This document shows positions 36,478-45,461 of a stretch of 58,460 bases of DNA, in pieces (position 1 is the first letter of the stretch; each line of letters starts with the position of its first letter). This stretch comes from a virus (taxonomy: Duplodnaviria; Caudoviricetes): positions 1-58,460 of IMG/VR virus record IMGVR_UViG_3300034073_002726; one strand, written 5' to 3'. Made by a program: the position numbers and the translations under genes. Below the pieces are notes generated by a model. That model did not search any database, had not been told where the DNA came from, and saw only the letters and a program-made list of their open reading frames with translations.

Positions 36478-36702
36478 CTACCTCCAAGGCGCGACTGGTA
36501 ACACTTTGCGCCAGTAAATCCGCTCATTCTTGGCCGCCTTCATTTGAGCGATTTCTGCGGCCTGCTCTGCGGTGTAGTGGGGCCAAGCTGGCTGGGACCA
36601 TTGCACGCCATCCCACCACCTCCATGCGTTGTGGATATTGGGGCGATATGCTGCGTTGTACCAGCCTGGGCAAGGCGGTGGGTTTCCATTCCAAAGGCTC
36701 AT
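36478..36702 (-). CDS. Trp-rich small protein (DUF2510-like motif)
   Basis: GGAGG SD; PGWY...RWWDGVQWS. Confidence 0.65.
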   Translation of the reverse strand: MSLWNGNPPPCPGWYNAAYRPNIHNAWRWWDGVQWSQPAWPHYTAEQAAEIAQMKAAKNERIYWRKVLPVAPWR

Positions 36703-36703
36703 T

Positions 36704-36925
36704 TCACACCTCCACCCAGTATTTCGGCTGTTGCAAGCTCCCACAGCTCTTGACCTTGCCCAGCTGGCACAGCCGCTCGATGTGCCTGCGCGCTTTTGTC
36801 TTGCTGCTGCGGCACGCGGCCACGGTGTCGGGGTGGCGCTCGATGTCCCGGGCGGGTGCCGGGCCAATGGCGATGATGACCTGGCGGATGGTTTCGATGG
36901 CTCCCTGCAGGCGTGGTGTAGTCAA
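36704..36925 (-). CDS. Small winged-helix-like protein
   Basis: TTG start with AAGGAG SD overlapping the upstream stop; ARDI...ARRHIERLCQLGKV...YW. Confidence 0.55.
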   Translation of the reverse strand: MTTPRLQGAIETIRQVIIAIGPAPARDIERHPDTVAACRSSKTKARRHIERLCQLGKVKSCGSLQQPKYWVEV

Positions 36926-37215
36926 GACAGTCGCTCCTTGAGGTTGACGAGGTACTCGGGGTTGCAGCGCCCCTGGCGCGTCATCTCCAGTCTTTTCACC
37001 TGGGTGCAGTCGGCGCACATCGGGAAGTCAAAATTGAAAGTGGCAGATCCGTCCTGGGCGATGCGGATCACAGTGGGCTCATTGCGCTGGTTCTGTGCTG
37101 CTGCTGCACTTTGCAGGTACTGCATCCAGCCGCTGCGGTTGAAAAAGCACGGCGGTGGCGGTGGCGCCAGGTCATCCACGGCGTCTTTGAGGTTGATGCG
37201 GCACTTTGTGGTCAC
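36922..37215 (-). CDS. Cys-rich hypothetical protein
   Basis: PPCF...CADC...RC. Confidence 0.7.
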   Translation of the reverse strand: MTTKCRINLKDAVDDLAPPPPPCFFNRSGWMQYLQSAAAAQNQRNEPTVIRIAQDGSATFNFDFPMCADCTQVKRLEMTRQGRCNPEYLVNLKERLS

Positions 37216-37478
37216 TGGTAAGCCCTTTTCACGGTTTCGTTGATTGCCTGAATCTCATTGATGCGGCGCAGCTTCCAGCGCAGCCGGGTGCCATGCCAGC
37301 CATCAGGGCCACGGTGACAAGCGGGGCACAACGGCATGGATGCAAACCACAACCCCTGCTCGGGTTCGTGCACCTCACTGGGGCCTGGTTCGTCGCACAC
37401 TACGCACGGCAGGGCTGCCAATCGCTCGATGTGCCGGCGCTCTGCAGCGGTGGGAGTTGGTTTGTTTTTGCTACGCAT
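37212..37478 (-). CDS. HNH-like Zn nuclease (Ref/DUF1364-like)
   Basis: LPCVVC...EVH...PLCPACH. Confidence 0.75.
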   Translation of the reverse strand: MRSKNKPTPTAAERRHIERLAALPCVVCDEPGPSEVHEPEQGLWFASMPLCPACHRGPDGWHGTRLRWKLRRINEIQAINETVKRAYQ

Positions 37479-37962
37479 AGATCTCCCCCGTATCCGGGTC
37501 CATCTGCATGCCCTCCCACTGCTGGAACGTGGCCGGGAATGTCACCCCCAACTCTGTCGCGGCGAAGGCACTCACCCGGTCAATCAACTGGCTGTAGCCC
37601 TTTACGCCCAGGTCTTCGGTGCTCACACGCACGCGGCGGCGGATCTTCTTGCCCGTGATGGGGTTCTTGGTGGTGACGGTCTTGTGCCCCAGGTACTCGG
37701 CCCTGAAATACTCTTTCCACACAGCGATCGCGTGCTGCTCACCATTGGGCTTCGCCTGCTGCGCAATGGTTTTGAGCACCACCCCGTGGTAGTACCGGCG
37801 CTGGCGGTCCGTCTTGGCATCCTCATGCAAGCGCACCTCTACGTGCAGCCGGTGGCCAGCGGCCCACATGGATTTGCACCAGGGCGCGAGCACGTTCTTG
37901 AAGTGCTGGCCAGCCTGTACCGGCTCATTCCATGTGGCTTGCAAGGCGAGTTGGGCGCTCAT
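37471..37962 (-). CDS. NinB-like recombination protein
   Basis: KTDRQRRYYH...WKEYFR...STEDLGVKGYSQLIDRVSAFAA. Confidence 0.75.
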   Translation of the reverse strand: MSAQLALQATWNEPVQAGQHFKNVLAPWCKSMWAAGHRLHVEVRLHEDAKTDRQRRYYHGVVLKTIAQQAKPNGEQHAIAVWKEYFRAEYLGHKTVTTKNPITGKKIRRRVRVSTEDLGVKGYSQLIDRVSAFAATELGVTFPATFQQWEGMQMDPDTGEIYA

Positions 37963-38306
37963 TTCGTCACCCTCACGTCAATACCGTGCAGGGCTTTTGC
38001 CATGTGGCGCTTAGCAAGACTCAAGGGCGTTTCCATACCCTTCGTGTCCTCCCAGACAGTGACGCCCTGCTCTTGGTAGCAGAAGTCCACCACCAAGCGG
38101 ATTGCAGGCCGGGCGCGCGCTGCGCCCCAGAGCTTCACGCCTGGCACCAGCTCGATAGGCACTTGGCGGCGCAGGTTGGAAATCCTGCCCGCGCGCTCCA
38201 AAAGCTGCAGCTCACCGTAGCGGCGCGCTTCGGCCTTACTGTCAAACGTCAGCCCGGCAAACTGGGTCTTCTTGTTTCCGTACTTGCGGTGGACGCGCTC
38301 AGACAT
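37959..38306 (-). CDS. DUF1064 family PD-(D/E)XK nuclease
   Basis: KYGNKKT...FDSKAEARRY...DF...EDTKG. Confidence 0.85.
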   Translation of the reverse strand: MSERVHRKYGNKKTQFAGLTFDSKAEARRYGELQLLERAGRISNLRRQVPIELVPGVKLWGAARARPAIRLVVDFCYQEQGVTVWEDTKGMETPLSLAKRHMAKALHGIDVRVTK

Positions 38307-38424
38307 GGCTCACCCAATCCAGATAGGCATCCTTCGGGGTGTAGCCCACGCCGATGCGCTTGTTTGGGATTCCGCGGATACCGCAGTGCCAGATTCCCAG
38401 GACTTTGCGGAAGTGGGGTTTCAT
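38299..38424 (-). CDS. Small hypothetical protein
   Basis: GGAGG SD, ATGA coupling; GVGYTPKDAYLDW. Confidence 0.6.
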   Translation of the reverse strand: MKPHFRKVLGIWHCGIRGIPNKRIGVGYTPKDAYLDWVSHV

Positions 38425-38663
38425 GCGCCCTCCTTCGTGCCTCGGGCGCGGATTGCCGCTTCGAGCTCTACGCTTCCACCGTGAAATGCCACAAGGTCTA
38501 TGCACTCCAATGCAAAGCGCTCCCGCTCCTTGGCTGCTACCAGGGCGGCGAAGCTGGCAAGCTCTTCGTCAATCTCGCCATAGACGTTCGTGGCTTTGAT
38601 GGCGTGCTCAGTTACCTCGAAGCCAGCCTCTTTCGCCATGGCGATGATTTCGTTTTGGTTCAC
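38421..38663 (-). CDS. Hypothetical protein
   Basis: IIAMAKEAG...FAALVAAKERE...AAIRAR, a common phage accessory motif. Confidence 0.7.
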   Translation of the reverse strand: MNQNEIIAMAKEAGFEVTEHAIKATNVYGEIDEELASFAALVAAKERERFALECIDLVAFHGGSVELEAAIRARGTKEGA

Positions 38664-38667
38664 GCTG

Positions 38668-38883
38668 TCACCCCCCACTCTTTGGCCGTGCGGGTGAGGA
38701 TTGCTTGGCGAGCCATGTAACCCTGCCCTGCACGATTTCCGGCGCGGCCTGCGTGTGCTTTTTGCAGGTGTGCTGTGGAGGCATGAAAGTCCAGCGCGTG
38801 CCCAGGTTGCACAGGGCCATGCGATGGCGGGACATTTGCCCGGATGCTTTGGGGTTCCAGTGGGTGCAAGTGCTGCATGTCAT
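38668..38883 (-). CDS. Cys-rich hypothetical protein
   Basis: CSTCTHW; ATGA coupling. Confidence 0.65.
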   Translation of the reverse strand: MTCSTCTHWNPKASGQMSRHRMALCNLGTRWTFMPPQHTCKKHTQAAPEIVQGRVTWLAKQSSPARPKSGG

Positions 38884-39104
38884 GCCACCTTCCGTTCCTG
38901 GCGTTCGCGCAGCGTGGCGCGCACCCGGTCGGCTGCGTCATGGCAAGCCTCTGATGTGCCGAACACGATGGGCACGTAATCCATGCGACGGTCTTGCACG
39001 AGCGCTGTCGCGTTGGTCTGCAGCATTTCCTGAACTGTCTCGATGTGCATGGCGCACTGGCTCTGACTCCAGAGCAATACATGTGTTTGATCTGTCATGG
39101 TCAT
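38880..39104 (-). CDS. Hypothetical protein
   Basis: AAGGA SD; follows dnaB. Confidence 0.65.
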   Translation of the reverse strand: MTMTDQTHVLLWSQSQCAMHIETVQEMLQTNATALVQDRRMDYVPIVFGTSEACHDAADRVRATLRERQERKVA

Positions 39105-39107
39105 TCC

Positions 39108-40463
39108 TTAGAAGTTGGCGCCACGGCCAGTGGCTTCTGGTTTCTTGTGGACTGGTGTTGGCCCCATCCAGTCGCCCATCTGCTGGTACTTGCCGACGAA
39201 CTCCAGCGGGATCACTCCCTGCGGGCCGTTGCGGTGGGCGACGATCTCCATTTCGGAGTAGCCCTGGAACTCGGGCAGGCGCTTGCTCAGCGGGTGCGCC
39301 CAATCGGTGAACAGCACGGCGATCTGATCGGCTGCGGCTTCGATGGCGCCAGAGTCCCGAAGGTGGGTCATCGTTGGACGTCCGTAGTGCTCGTCAGCCT
39401 TGCGGCTCATCTGGCTGAGCAAGACCACAGCGATATCCAGATCCATGGCCATGGACTTGATCCCGTTCACGATCACGTCCAGCTCTCGATTCCGGTTCTC
39501 TTCACCTGCTCCGTTCATGAGCTGCAGAAAATCGATGAACAGCACATCAAGGCCATGGGCCCGGCGCACCTGAAGGGTTTTGCGCCGAATGTCCATCAGG
39601 GTCAGCGCACACTGGTCATCGTGAGTCAAGTGCAGCTCGCCCAACTTGCGCGCAGCTTCTGTGACGGCCGTCCACATTTCGGTGTCGGACGCCTTCGCGG
39701 CCAGAATGCGGGCCAGATCAAACGGGCCACTTGCAGCCGTATGGCGGTGCATGAGCTGGTTGATTGGCATTTCCTGGCTCAGAAACAGCACGTTGTATCG
39801 GCGTGCGATGTTGCGGGCCATGGTCAGAGATAGCGCCGTCTTGCCATGCTTCGGCCTGGCTCCCAAAACGAAAACCTCACCCTTGCGCAGACCGCCATTC
39901 AGGATGGAGTCAAGTCCACCAATACCGGTTGGAATGGCTGGGTTTTTGCCTTCGCTCATGTCCTGCAGCAGCTGCAGGTAGTCGGACAACGATTCGTGGA
40001 TGTGCTTTGGGTCGCGCTTGGCCTTCACTGTCGCCAGCTTGGCAAGCATCATTTGGGCCTTGTCGATCTGCTCGGCCGCCTTGCTTCCCGGCATCAGCGC
40101 CAAATCGGAAATCTCCGACCCTGCCTCCATCAACTGGCGCAGCCGGTAGGCATCCATCACAACGCTGGCGTGACGGCGAATGCTGGCGGCGCTGGGCACG
40201 TACTGCGCAATCTCGTTCAGCTCGATCAAGTCCACAGGACGACCGGTGTTCTTCAGCTCCGTGTACACCGACACAGCGTCAAACGGCTGACCCACCACAG
40301 CAAGGGACTGGATGGCGCGAAAAATAGCGGCGTGAGTCTCGTTGTGGAACGCCTCTGCAACCAGATCAGGAACGCGGTTGATCGCCTCGGGATCGAGCAT
40401 CAAGCCGCTCAGAATGCCCGCCTCAGACTCGGGGCTAGAGGGGAATTGGCGGTCTTCACGCAT
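39108..40463 (-). CDS. dnaB: Replicative DNA helicase
   Basis: GARPKHGKT, IDFLQLM, LSQMSR, LRDSGAIEAAAD, HRNGPQG. Confidence 0.95.
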   Translation of the reverse strand: MREDRQFPSSPESEAGILSGLMLDPEAINRVPDLVAEAFHNETHAAIFRAIQSLAVVGQPFDAVSVYTELKNTGRPVDLIELNEIAQYVPSAASIRRHASVVMDAYRLRQLMEAGSEISDLALMPGSKAAEQIDKAQMMLAKLATVKAKRDPKHIHESLSDYLQLLQDMSEGKNPAIPTGIGGLDSILNGGLRKGEVFVLGARPKHGKTALSLTMARNIARRYNVLFLSQEMPINQLMHRHTAASGPFDLARILAAKASDTEMWTAVTEAARKLGELHLTHDDQCALTLMDIRRKTLQVRRAHGLDVLFIDFLQLMNGAGEENRNRELDVIVNGIKSMAMDLDIAVVLLSQMSRKADEHYGRPTMTHLRDSGAIEAAADQIAVLFTDWAHPLSKRLPEFQGYSEMEIVAHRNGPQGVIPLEFVGKYQQMGDWMGPTPVHKKPEATGRGANF

Positions 40464-41430
40464 TTGCGGCCTCCCGTTGTTCGTGGTGGTACTTGCCAGA
40501 CAGAACCTTCTCGAAGTTCGCCGCCGTCACCAGCCAGCCCAGGTCGCAGGACTGGAATTTGCCGTTGCGTCCAGACAGGAAATCGCTGTCCGCCACGTAC
40601 TCGAAGTACCGGGAAAACCACGCCCGGCCATCCTCGGCAGTGGTCGCCAGCCGCTCGCCTTTGCGCTCGCCGCGCTCATGCTTGGCGGTCATCACCCATC
40701 GCCACCGCGCCCGCAGCGCTTTCCCGTTGGCACCTTTGGCAAAAAGCGAACGTCGAACGGTTGGCAGAACGGGCAATGCAGCCTCGTAGCTGTCGATCAA
40801 GCTGTCGAACGGGCAAGGCGGAACGCCGTCTTCAGGCTCGTCTGGTTCCGTCTGCTGCGAAGAAGCGGACAAAGAAGCGTTAGCTTCTTCTTTATCCTGT
40901 TCCTGTTCCTGTTCCTGATTCGCCATAGGCTTTGGCGAAGGCTTTGGCGAAGGCTTTGGCGAAGGCTTTGCAGAGTCCTTTTTCTCGCTTGAAATTACCT
41001 CGTCAAAGGCTTCCACGTAAGAGTGGCCAATGTCTTCCAGGGCTTTGCGCATGCCTGCAATTGCCTCACGCTTGAGGTCACATTCGGGCAGCAAATCAAG
41101 CTCAACGCGCCAGCCGCGAACCACGTTGGGCGACTCTGGTTTGTTGTGCTGAATAGCCTTTGGCAACCATACCAACTTGGCTTTGAAATCGGCTTTCACC
41201 ATGCCTTGCTCAAAGACTTCCTGAAAGGCTTCGTCAAAGGCTTCCAACTCCCAATTCAGTTCCTCCGCCATCGCTGCACGGCCAGCGCGGAATAATCCTG
41301 GAATGGCGGTGGTATGTGGGCCTGTCAAAAGGAAGAACCACAATCCTTGCCCGGACGGAGGAATAGCCGACAAGGCGCGGAATTTCTCATCCGACCATGT
41401 GCGCACTTCGATTTTTCGGTATCTGCTCAT
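40456..41430 (-). CDS. Replication initiator protein
   Basis: RYRKIEVRTWSDEKF N-terminus; C-terminal DLGWLV...NFEKVLSGKY; central repeats; upstream of dnaB. Confidence 0.85.
   Translation of the reverse strand: MSRYRKIEVRTWSDEKFRALSAIPPSGQGLWFFLLTGPHTTAIPGLFRAGRAAMAEELNWELEAFDEAFQEVFEQGMVKADFKAKLVWLPKAIQHNKPESPNVVRGWRVELDLLPECDLKREAIAGMRKALEDIGHSYVEAFDEVISSEKKDSAKPSPKPSPKPSPKPMANQEQEQEQDKEEANASLSASSQQTEPDEPEDGVPPCPFDSLIDSYEAALPVLPTVRRSLFAKGANGKALRARWRWVMTAKHERGERKGERLATTAEDGRAWFSRYFEYVADSDFLSGRNGKFQSCDLGWLVTAANFEKVLSGKYHHEQREAANA
40895..40971. repeat. Putative ori iterons within initiator gene
   Basis: (aggctttggcga)x3+ next to (tcctgt)n; related tcgtcaaaggcttcca copies near 41000 and 41230. 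Confidence 0.65.
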
Positions 41431-41517
41431 GCTCACCATTTCATGCACCCACAAAAATCACGCACGGCAGGCAGTGGGTGAGGCTGCTTTTCGGTAGCGA
41501 ACCTAGCCGGGTGAAAC

Positions 41518-41634
41518 TCATACGCCCAAGCGCTCCGCAATCGCCCGCATGGCCTCGGCGTACTGCTCAGACGTTGCGTTGGGATGCGCGGCAATCCAGG
41601 CGCGCTTGGCGGCTTCGTAGGCTTGCCAGTTCAT
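41518..41634 (-). CDS. 38-aa hypothetical protein (below ORF-track cutoff)
   Basis: MNWQAYEAAKRAWIAAHPNATSEQYAEAMRAIAERLGV; TGATG coupling. Confidence 0.65.
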   Translation of the reverse strand: MNWQAYEAAKRAWIAAHPNATSEQYAEAMRAIAERLGV

Positions 41635-41870
41635 CAGCGCACCCCGCCCACAAGTCGCGCCAGCTTGGCCTCGTTGGCCAGCCTCTGCTCGCGGTTCTCG
41701 ATGGTGATTCCGCTCGTGCGGCGCTCCAGGCTCACCGTCTGGCGGCCATTGCTGTCCAGCAGCAGGTGCACATTGCCGACCTTGGGGGCTTTGCTGTGGT
41801 TGGTCTTGCGCGGTGCCTTGGAGGGCGCGGTGTCTTGCCCGCGTGGGCGGGCCATCTGGAAAGCATTCAT
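41634..41870 (-). CDS. Hypothetical protein
   Basis: GGGAG SD, ATGA coupling. Confidence 0.55.
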   Translation of the reverse strand: MNAFQMARPRGQDTAPSKAPRKTNHSKAPKVGNVHLLLDSNGRQTVSLERRTSGITIENREQRLANEAKLARLVGGVR

Positions 41871-42082
41871 GGGGTCACTCCCGTGTCATCCGACAGCAGC
41901 GGATTGCCCTGCAGGCAGCGGGCGACGACCATTGCTTCATGGCCTACTTTCACTACCTCAGCTTTGAGCACAGCTTCGATGTAGGCGTGGCGCTCCATGC
42001 CCTTTGCCATGGCGATGGCGTCCAGTGCCTGGAGCAGGTGGGTGGGGGCGAGCTGGCGCAGCTCGGACTTGTCGGCGGCCAT
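41867..42082 (-). CDS. CII-position regulator
   Basis: Small helical ORF directly downstream of cro. Confidence 0.6.
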   Translation of the reverse strand: MAADKSELRQLAPTHLLQALDAIAMAKGMERHAYIEAVLKAEVVKVGHEAMVVARCLQGNPLLSDDTGVTP

Positions 42083-42085
42083 GGG

Positions 42086-42316
42086 TTACGCGGCCTCTTT
42101 GGGTTCTGCCGCGTCGCCACTCTCTTGGGCGGTTGCTGCCTCCACATCGACGCCGGAAAGCGCGCCGGGATGCGCCACCTTGAGGTACATCATTCGGGCT
42201 TTGGGAATGCCTGCTTTCTTCCAAGCACTCACAGATGGCATACGCACATCGAAGATACGAGCCACTTCAGCTGTTTCACCGAGCGCTTCAATGATCTTGG
42301 TTGCATGTTGGTTCAT
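42086..42316 (-). CDS. Cro-like HTH regulator
   Basis: ALGETAEVARIFDVRMPSVSAWKKAGIP; divergent from CI. Confidence 0.85.
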   Translation of the reverse strand: MNQHATKIIEALGETAEVARIFDVRMPSVSAWKKAGIPKARMMYLKVAHPGALSGVDVEAATAQESGDAAEPKEAA

Positions 42317-42386
42317 GCGCCAATATTAGCCTGGGCTAGCATCAAAAGCAAGCCCAAGCTAACAAATGAATTGGTAGGCTAGGCTA
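42317..42386. promoter_or_regulatory. OR/PR/PRM region with three operators
   Basis: TTAGC-N4-GCTAA-like sites at ~42326, 42350, 42375; PR on minus TTGCTT-N17-TAATAT; PRM -10 TAGGCT. Confidence 0.8.
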
Positions 42387-43187
42387 ATGGACTCAAAGCC
42401 CTTAAATCTGCAGGAACGCTTGGCCTCTGTTTTCCCAGACCCGCTGCCTCGCGGGTTGATGGCAGAGATTGCCGAAGTCTGCTCAGTGAGTAGGCCAACC
42501 GTTTCCAACTGGTTCAAAAACCAAGAGAAAGTCGCCACCATCAGCAGAAAGCACGCCGAGATGTTGGATCGGCACTTCCACCTTGGTGTGTCTATCCCAT
42601 GGCTGGCGGAAGGCGAAGGCAGCCGCGTGGATTCGACTCATCCAACGGCTGGGCTGCTGCCACCAGTCGGCCTAAAACAGCAGCACTTGCCATCAGCCGC
42701 GCCGCATGATGCGCCGGCGAGTGATGGGGGCACTGATCCAGATCTAGTGATAACCCAGTATGAGGACACCGGCGGAGCAATGGGCCACGGGTTCAATCTG
42801 ACAGACCACCCTCCGGGCCACATCAAGAGCTGGAGAGTCACCCACGAGTGGCTGCGCCTCAATGTCCCGAACCACACAGGTGTAAAGAACCTGGCAATCG
42901 TTACTGGCTTCGGCCCATCAATGAAGCCGATGTTCAACCCCGGAGATCCATTGCTCGTGGATGTGGGGGTGAAGGTCATCGACCACGAGGGCGTTTACTT
43001 TTTCAGGGTGGGTGATGAAGGGTTCATCAAGCTGATCCAGCGCGTGCCCGAGTTTGATGGGCCCGGCGTCCGCCTGCGCGTGATCTCAAAAAATCCAGAC
43101 TACCCACCGTATGACATTTCGCCGAAAAATCCGCATTTCGAGGTTTTAGGCAAGGTGCTGACCGTGTGGCGGAGCGAACAGTTTTAA
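42387..43187 (+). CDS. CI-like repressor (HTH + S24 peptidase)
   Basis: SVSRPTVSNWF HTH; GPSMKP and FIKLIQ S24 residues. Confidence 0.92.
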   Translation: MDSKPLNLQERLASVFPDPLPRGLMAEIAEVCSVSRPTVSNWFKNQEKVATISRKHAEMLDRHFHLGVSIPWLAEGEGSRVDSTHPTAGLLPPVGLKQQHLPSAAPHDAPASDGGTDPDLVITQYEDTGGAMGHGFNLTDHPPGHIKSWRVTHEWLRLNVPNHTGVKNLAIVTGFGPSMKPMFNPGDPLLVDVGVKVIDHEGVYFFRVGDEGFIKLIQRVPEFDGPGVRLRVISKNPDYPPYDISPKNPHFEVLGKVLTVWRSEQF

Positions 43188-43233
43188 GCCAGAAAGGCGG
43201 CCTGGCACATCGCCGCCAAACTAGAGAGAACCC

Positions 43234-43356
43234 ATGAAATTCATCATTGCCATCATCATCACCACGGCCAGCTTGGCAGCCTTTGCGCACTCAGGAGGCA
43301 CAGACGCCGCCGGCTGCCACACAAACAGGACTACCGGCGTTTACCACTGCCACTAA
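43234..43356 (+). CDS. Secreted YHYH-motif peptide (40 aa)
   Basis: MKFIIAIIITTASLAAFAHSGGTDAAGCHTNRTTGVYHCH. Confidence 0.85.
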   Translation: MKFIIAIIITTASLAAFAHSGGTDAAGCHTNRTTGVYHCH

Positions 43357-43468
43357 CGTGCAGCACATCAGGATCGTGGGCACCATGGTGGAGCACCGCA
43401 AGTATCGGCGGACACGGTAGCGATACGGCCGCTCAGTCCAATCACATCTTTGCACCAAAGAGCGCATC

Positions 43469-43825
43469 ATGACACCGCAAGAGCACGAACTGCTGAAACT
43501 CAAAATTCAATCCATTGCGCAAGACGCTTTGATCAAATGGCTGGCTGATCTTTGGCGTGGGCGACTGGCGGTGACCAGCGAGCCTGAGCGTTCAATGACT
43601 CTAGCGGCGATGGAAGCAAAGCTACGATCAGGTGCATTGGAATATTCAACACTGACAATGCCTTGGCTTGATGCGGCATCTTCGGACATGCAGGCTTCAT
43701 TGTTTCAAGAGGCATATGAGGAAATCTCCAAAAAGATCTTGGGCATAGTGGAAGCTGGCTTGACCCCCGAGGAAGAAGCGAGATTGCGCGCAGCTTTGCC
43801 TGGGGGCACTGACAGACAGACGTAG
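43469..43825 (+). CDS. Moron hypothetical protein in immunity region
   Basis: 118-aa lower-GC ORF followed by tandem terminators. Confidence 0.65.
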   Translation: MTPQEHELLKLKIQSIAQDALIKWLADLWRGRLAVTSEPERSMTLAAMEAKLRSGALEYSTLTMPWLDAASSDMQASLFQEAYEEISKKILGIVEAGLTPEEEARLRAALPGGTDRQT

Positions 43826-43846
43826 CCGGAAGCCCCGCACCGCTCC

Positions 43847-43903
43847 AAACCGCCCACCGAGGCGGTTTTTCTTTGCCCAGGCCCGCCCCGAGCGGGCTTT
43901 TTT
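43847..43903 (+). terminator. Tandem Rho-independent terminators
   Basis: aaaccgcc-caccga-ggcggttttt and gcccgc-cccga-gcgggctttttt. Confidence 0.8.
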
Positions 43904-43933
43904 GCGCCTGCGGGATGCTGGCGTGGAGAAATT

Positions 43934-43988
43934 TTAGCCAAATAAATTAGCTCAGGCTATTGACATTAACTTAGCTCAGGCTAACAAT
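43934..43988 (+). promoter_or_regulatory. PL promoter with OL operators
   Basis: TTGACA-N17-AACAAT; two TTAGCTCAGGCTA sites matching OR. Confidence 0.85.
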
Positions 43989-44656
43989 TCACCCATCGCA
44001 GCAGTGATTGCGGCGACGGGTGCCAGTGATCGAGCTACGCACCGCAGGTTCTTTCACAAGTCAGCCGCCGATGTTGCTGGCCCCACCTGCGGGGCCTTTG
44101 TCCGGCGAAATAGCTCCAACGGGCATGGGCCGTTGTTCTGCGCCGCCGATACCGAGGCGGTTCCCAGTCCGCCAAAGCGCGGTAAACGGGTAGGGAACCC
44201 CGCAAGGGGCTGACACCACGGGACGGTGCTGCATGTGGATGCAGCGACACGGCTACCAGATGCCGGGATGCCCTCGCAAGAGGGCCATCACATCAGTGTC
44301 ACGAGCTGGCATTGATGTGATTGCGGACTTTGTGGGCCACAGGTTGGCTTGTGTTGCCGCATCAAGAGCTGGCCAGGGCAATCCTGGCATCGGGCGCAGC
44401 AGGTGGAAGCCCTGCACCAGTTTCGGGGCGGCAACGCCGCGCGGATTGCACCCGCGACACCTTGTCAAAGACCTCGGTGTTCGTTGGCAGAGCCGACTAC
44501 GGGAACCGCCGCGCGCCGGGCTGAGAAAGCCTCGCCGCCCCACCCTCTCCCTCCCCTCCTGCCATGCGCAGGGGTTTGCCCACCTCGCGTGGGCTTTTTC
44601 TTCCCCACCAGCCCACCACCGCGTGGGCTTTTTTATTTCCACTCATGGGAACCAAC

Positions 44657-45361
44657 ATGGCTCAGCAGAAAAAGTACGAATTTGTCCCTGGCGATGAAAA
44701 AGTGGTTGCGCCAGGACGCACGGTGAAGCGCATCCGGGCGCTGGTAGCAATAGCCGCATTGGGCGTTGCTCCCGGAGAACTAGGCGGGTACATCGAGTCG
44801 GAGGGCAATCTACAACAGGTGTCCGGCAATGCGTGGGTGTCCGGCAATGCGCAGGTGTCCGGCAATGCGCGGGTGTCCGGCAATGCGCTGGTGTCCGGCA
44901 ATGCGCGGGTGTACGGCGATGCGCTGGTGTCCGGCAATGCGCGGGTGTCCGGCAATGCGCTGGTGTCCGGCAATGCGCGGGTGTACGGCGATGCGCTGGT
45001 GTCCGGCAATGCGCTGGTGTCCGGCAATGCGCGGGTGTCCGGCGATGCGCTGGTGTCCGGCAATGCGCGGGTGTCCGGCAATGCGCGGGTGTCCGGCAAT
45101 GCGCTGGTGTCCGGCAATGCGCTGGTTGAAAGCCAAACCGACTGGCTACTGGTTGGCCCCGCAAAAAGCAGCGGCCGCTTCACTACAGCGTATCGGGACA
45201 CAAAGATTGGGGTGCGTGTTTCGTGCGGCTGCTTTACCGGCACGGCACAAGAGTTCTCTGCACAGATTGAGGCGACACATGCAGGCAACCAACAGCATTT
45301 TCAGCAATACCGATTGTTCTGCCAGTTGATCGCTTTCAGCTTTGACATACAGCCCGCCTGA
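44657..45361 (+). CDS. Hexapeptide-repeat (left-handed beta-helix) protein
   Basis: RIRAL...GELGGYIESEGNL plus 17x VSGNAx plus VSCGCFTG. Confidence 0.88.
   Translation: MAQQKKYEFVPGDEKVVAPGRTVKRIRALVAIAALGVAPGELGGYIESEGNLQQVSGNAWVSGNAQVSGNARVSGNALVSGNARVYGDALVSGNARVSGNALVSGNARVYGDALVSGNALVSGNARVSGDALVSGNARVSGNARVSGNALVSGNALVESQTDWLLVGPAKSSGRFTTAYRDTKIGVRVSCGCFTGTAQEFSAQIEATHAGNQQHFQQYRLFCQLIAFSFDIQPA
44819..45124 (+). repeat. 18-bp tandem repeat x17
   Basis: gtgtccggcaatgcgcnn units. Confidence 0.95.
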
Positions 45362-45461
45362 GCGGGCTTTTCCTTGTGTAAACCGCTATCACATTGATAG
45401 CTACTAGTAGCCCACCCACACACAGCCCTGCAATGCGGGGCTTTTTTCATGGAGCACCAAC

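Noticed and set aside
44819-45124. CRISPR array
   Set aside because: Contiguous 18-bp coding repeats without unique spacers; no cas genes.
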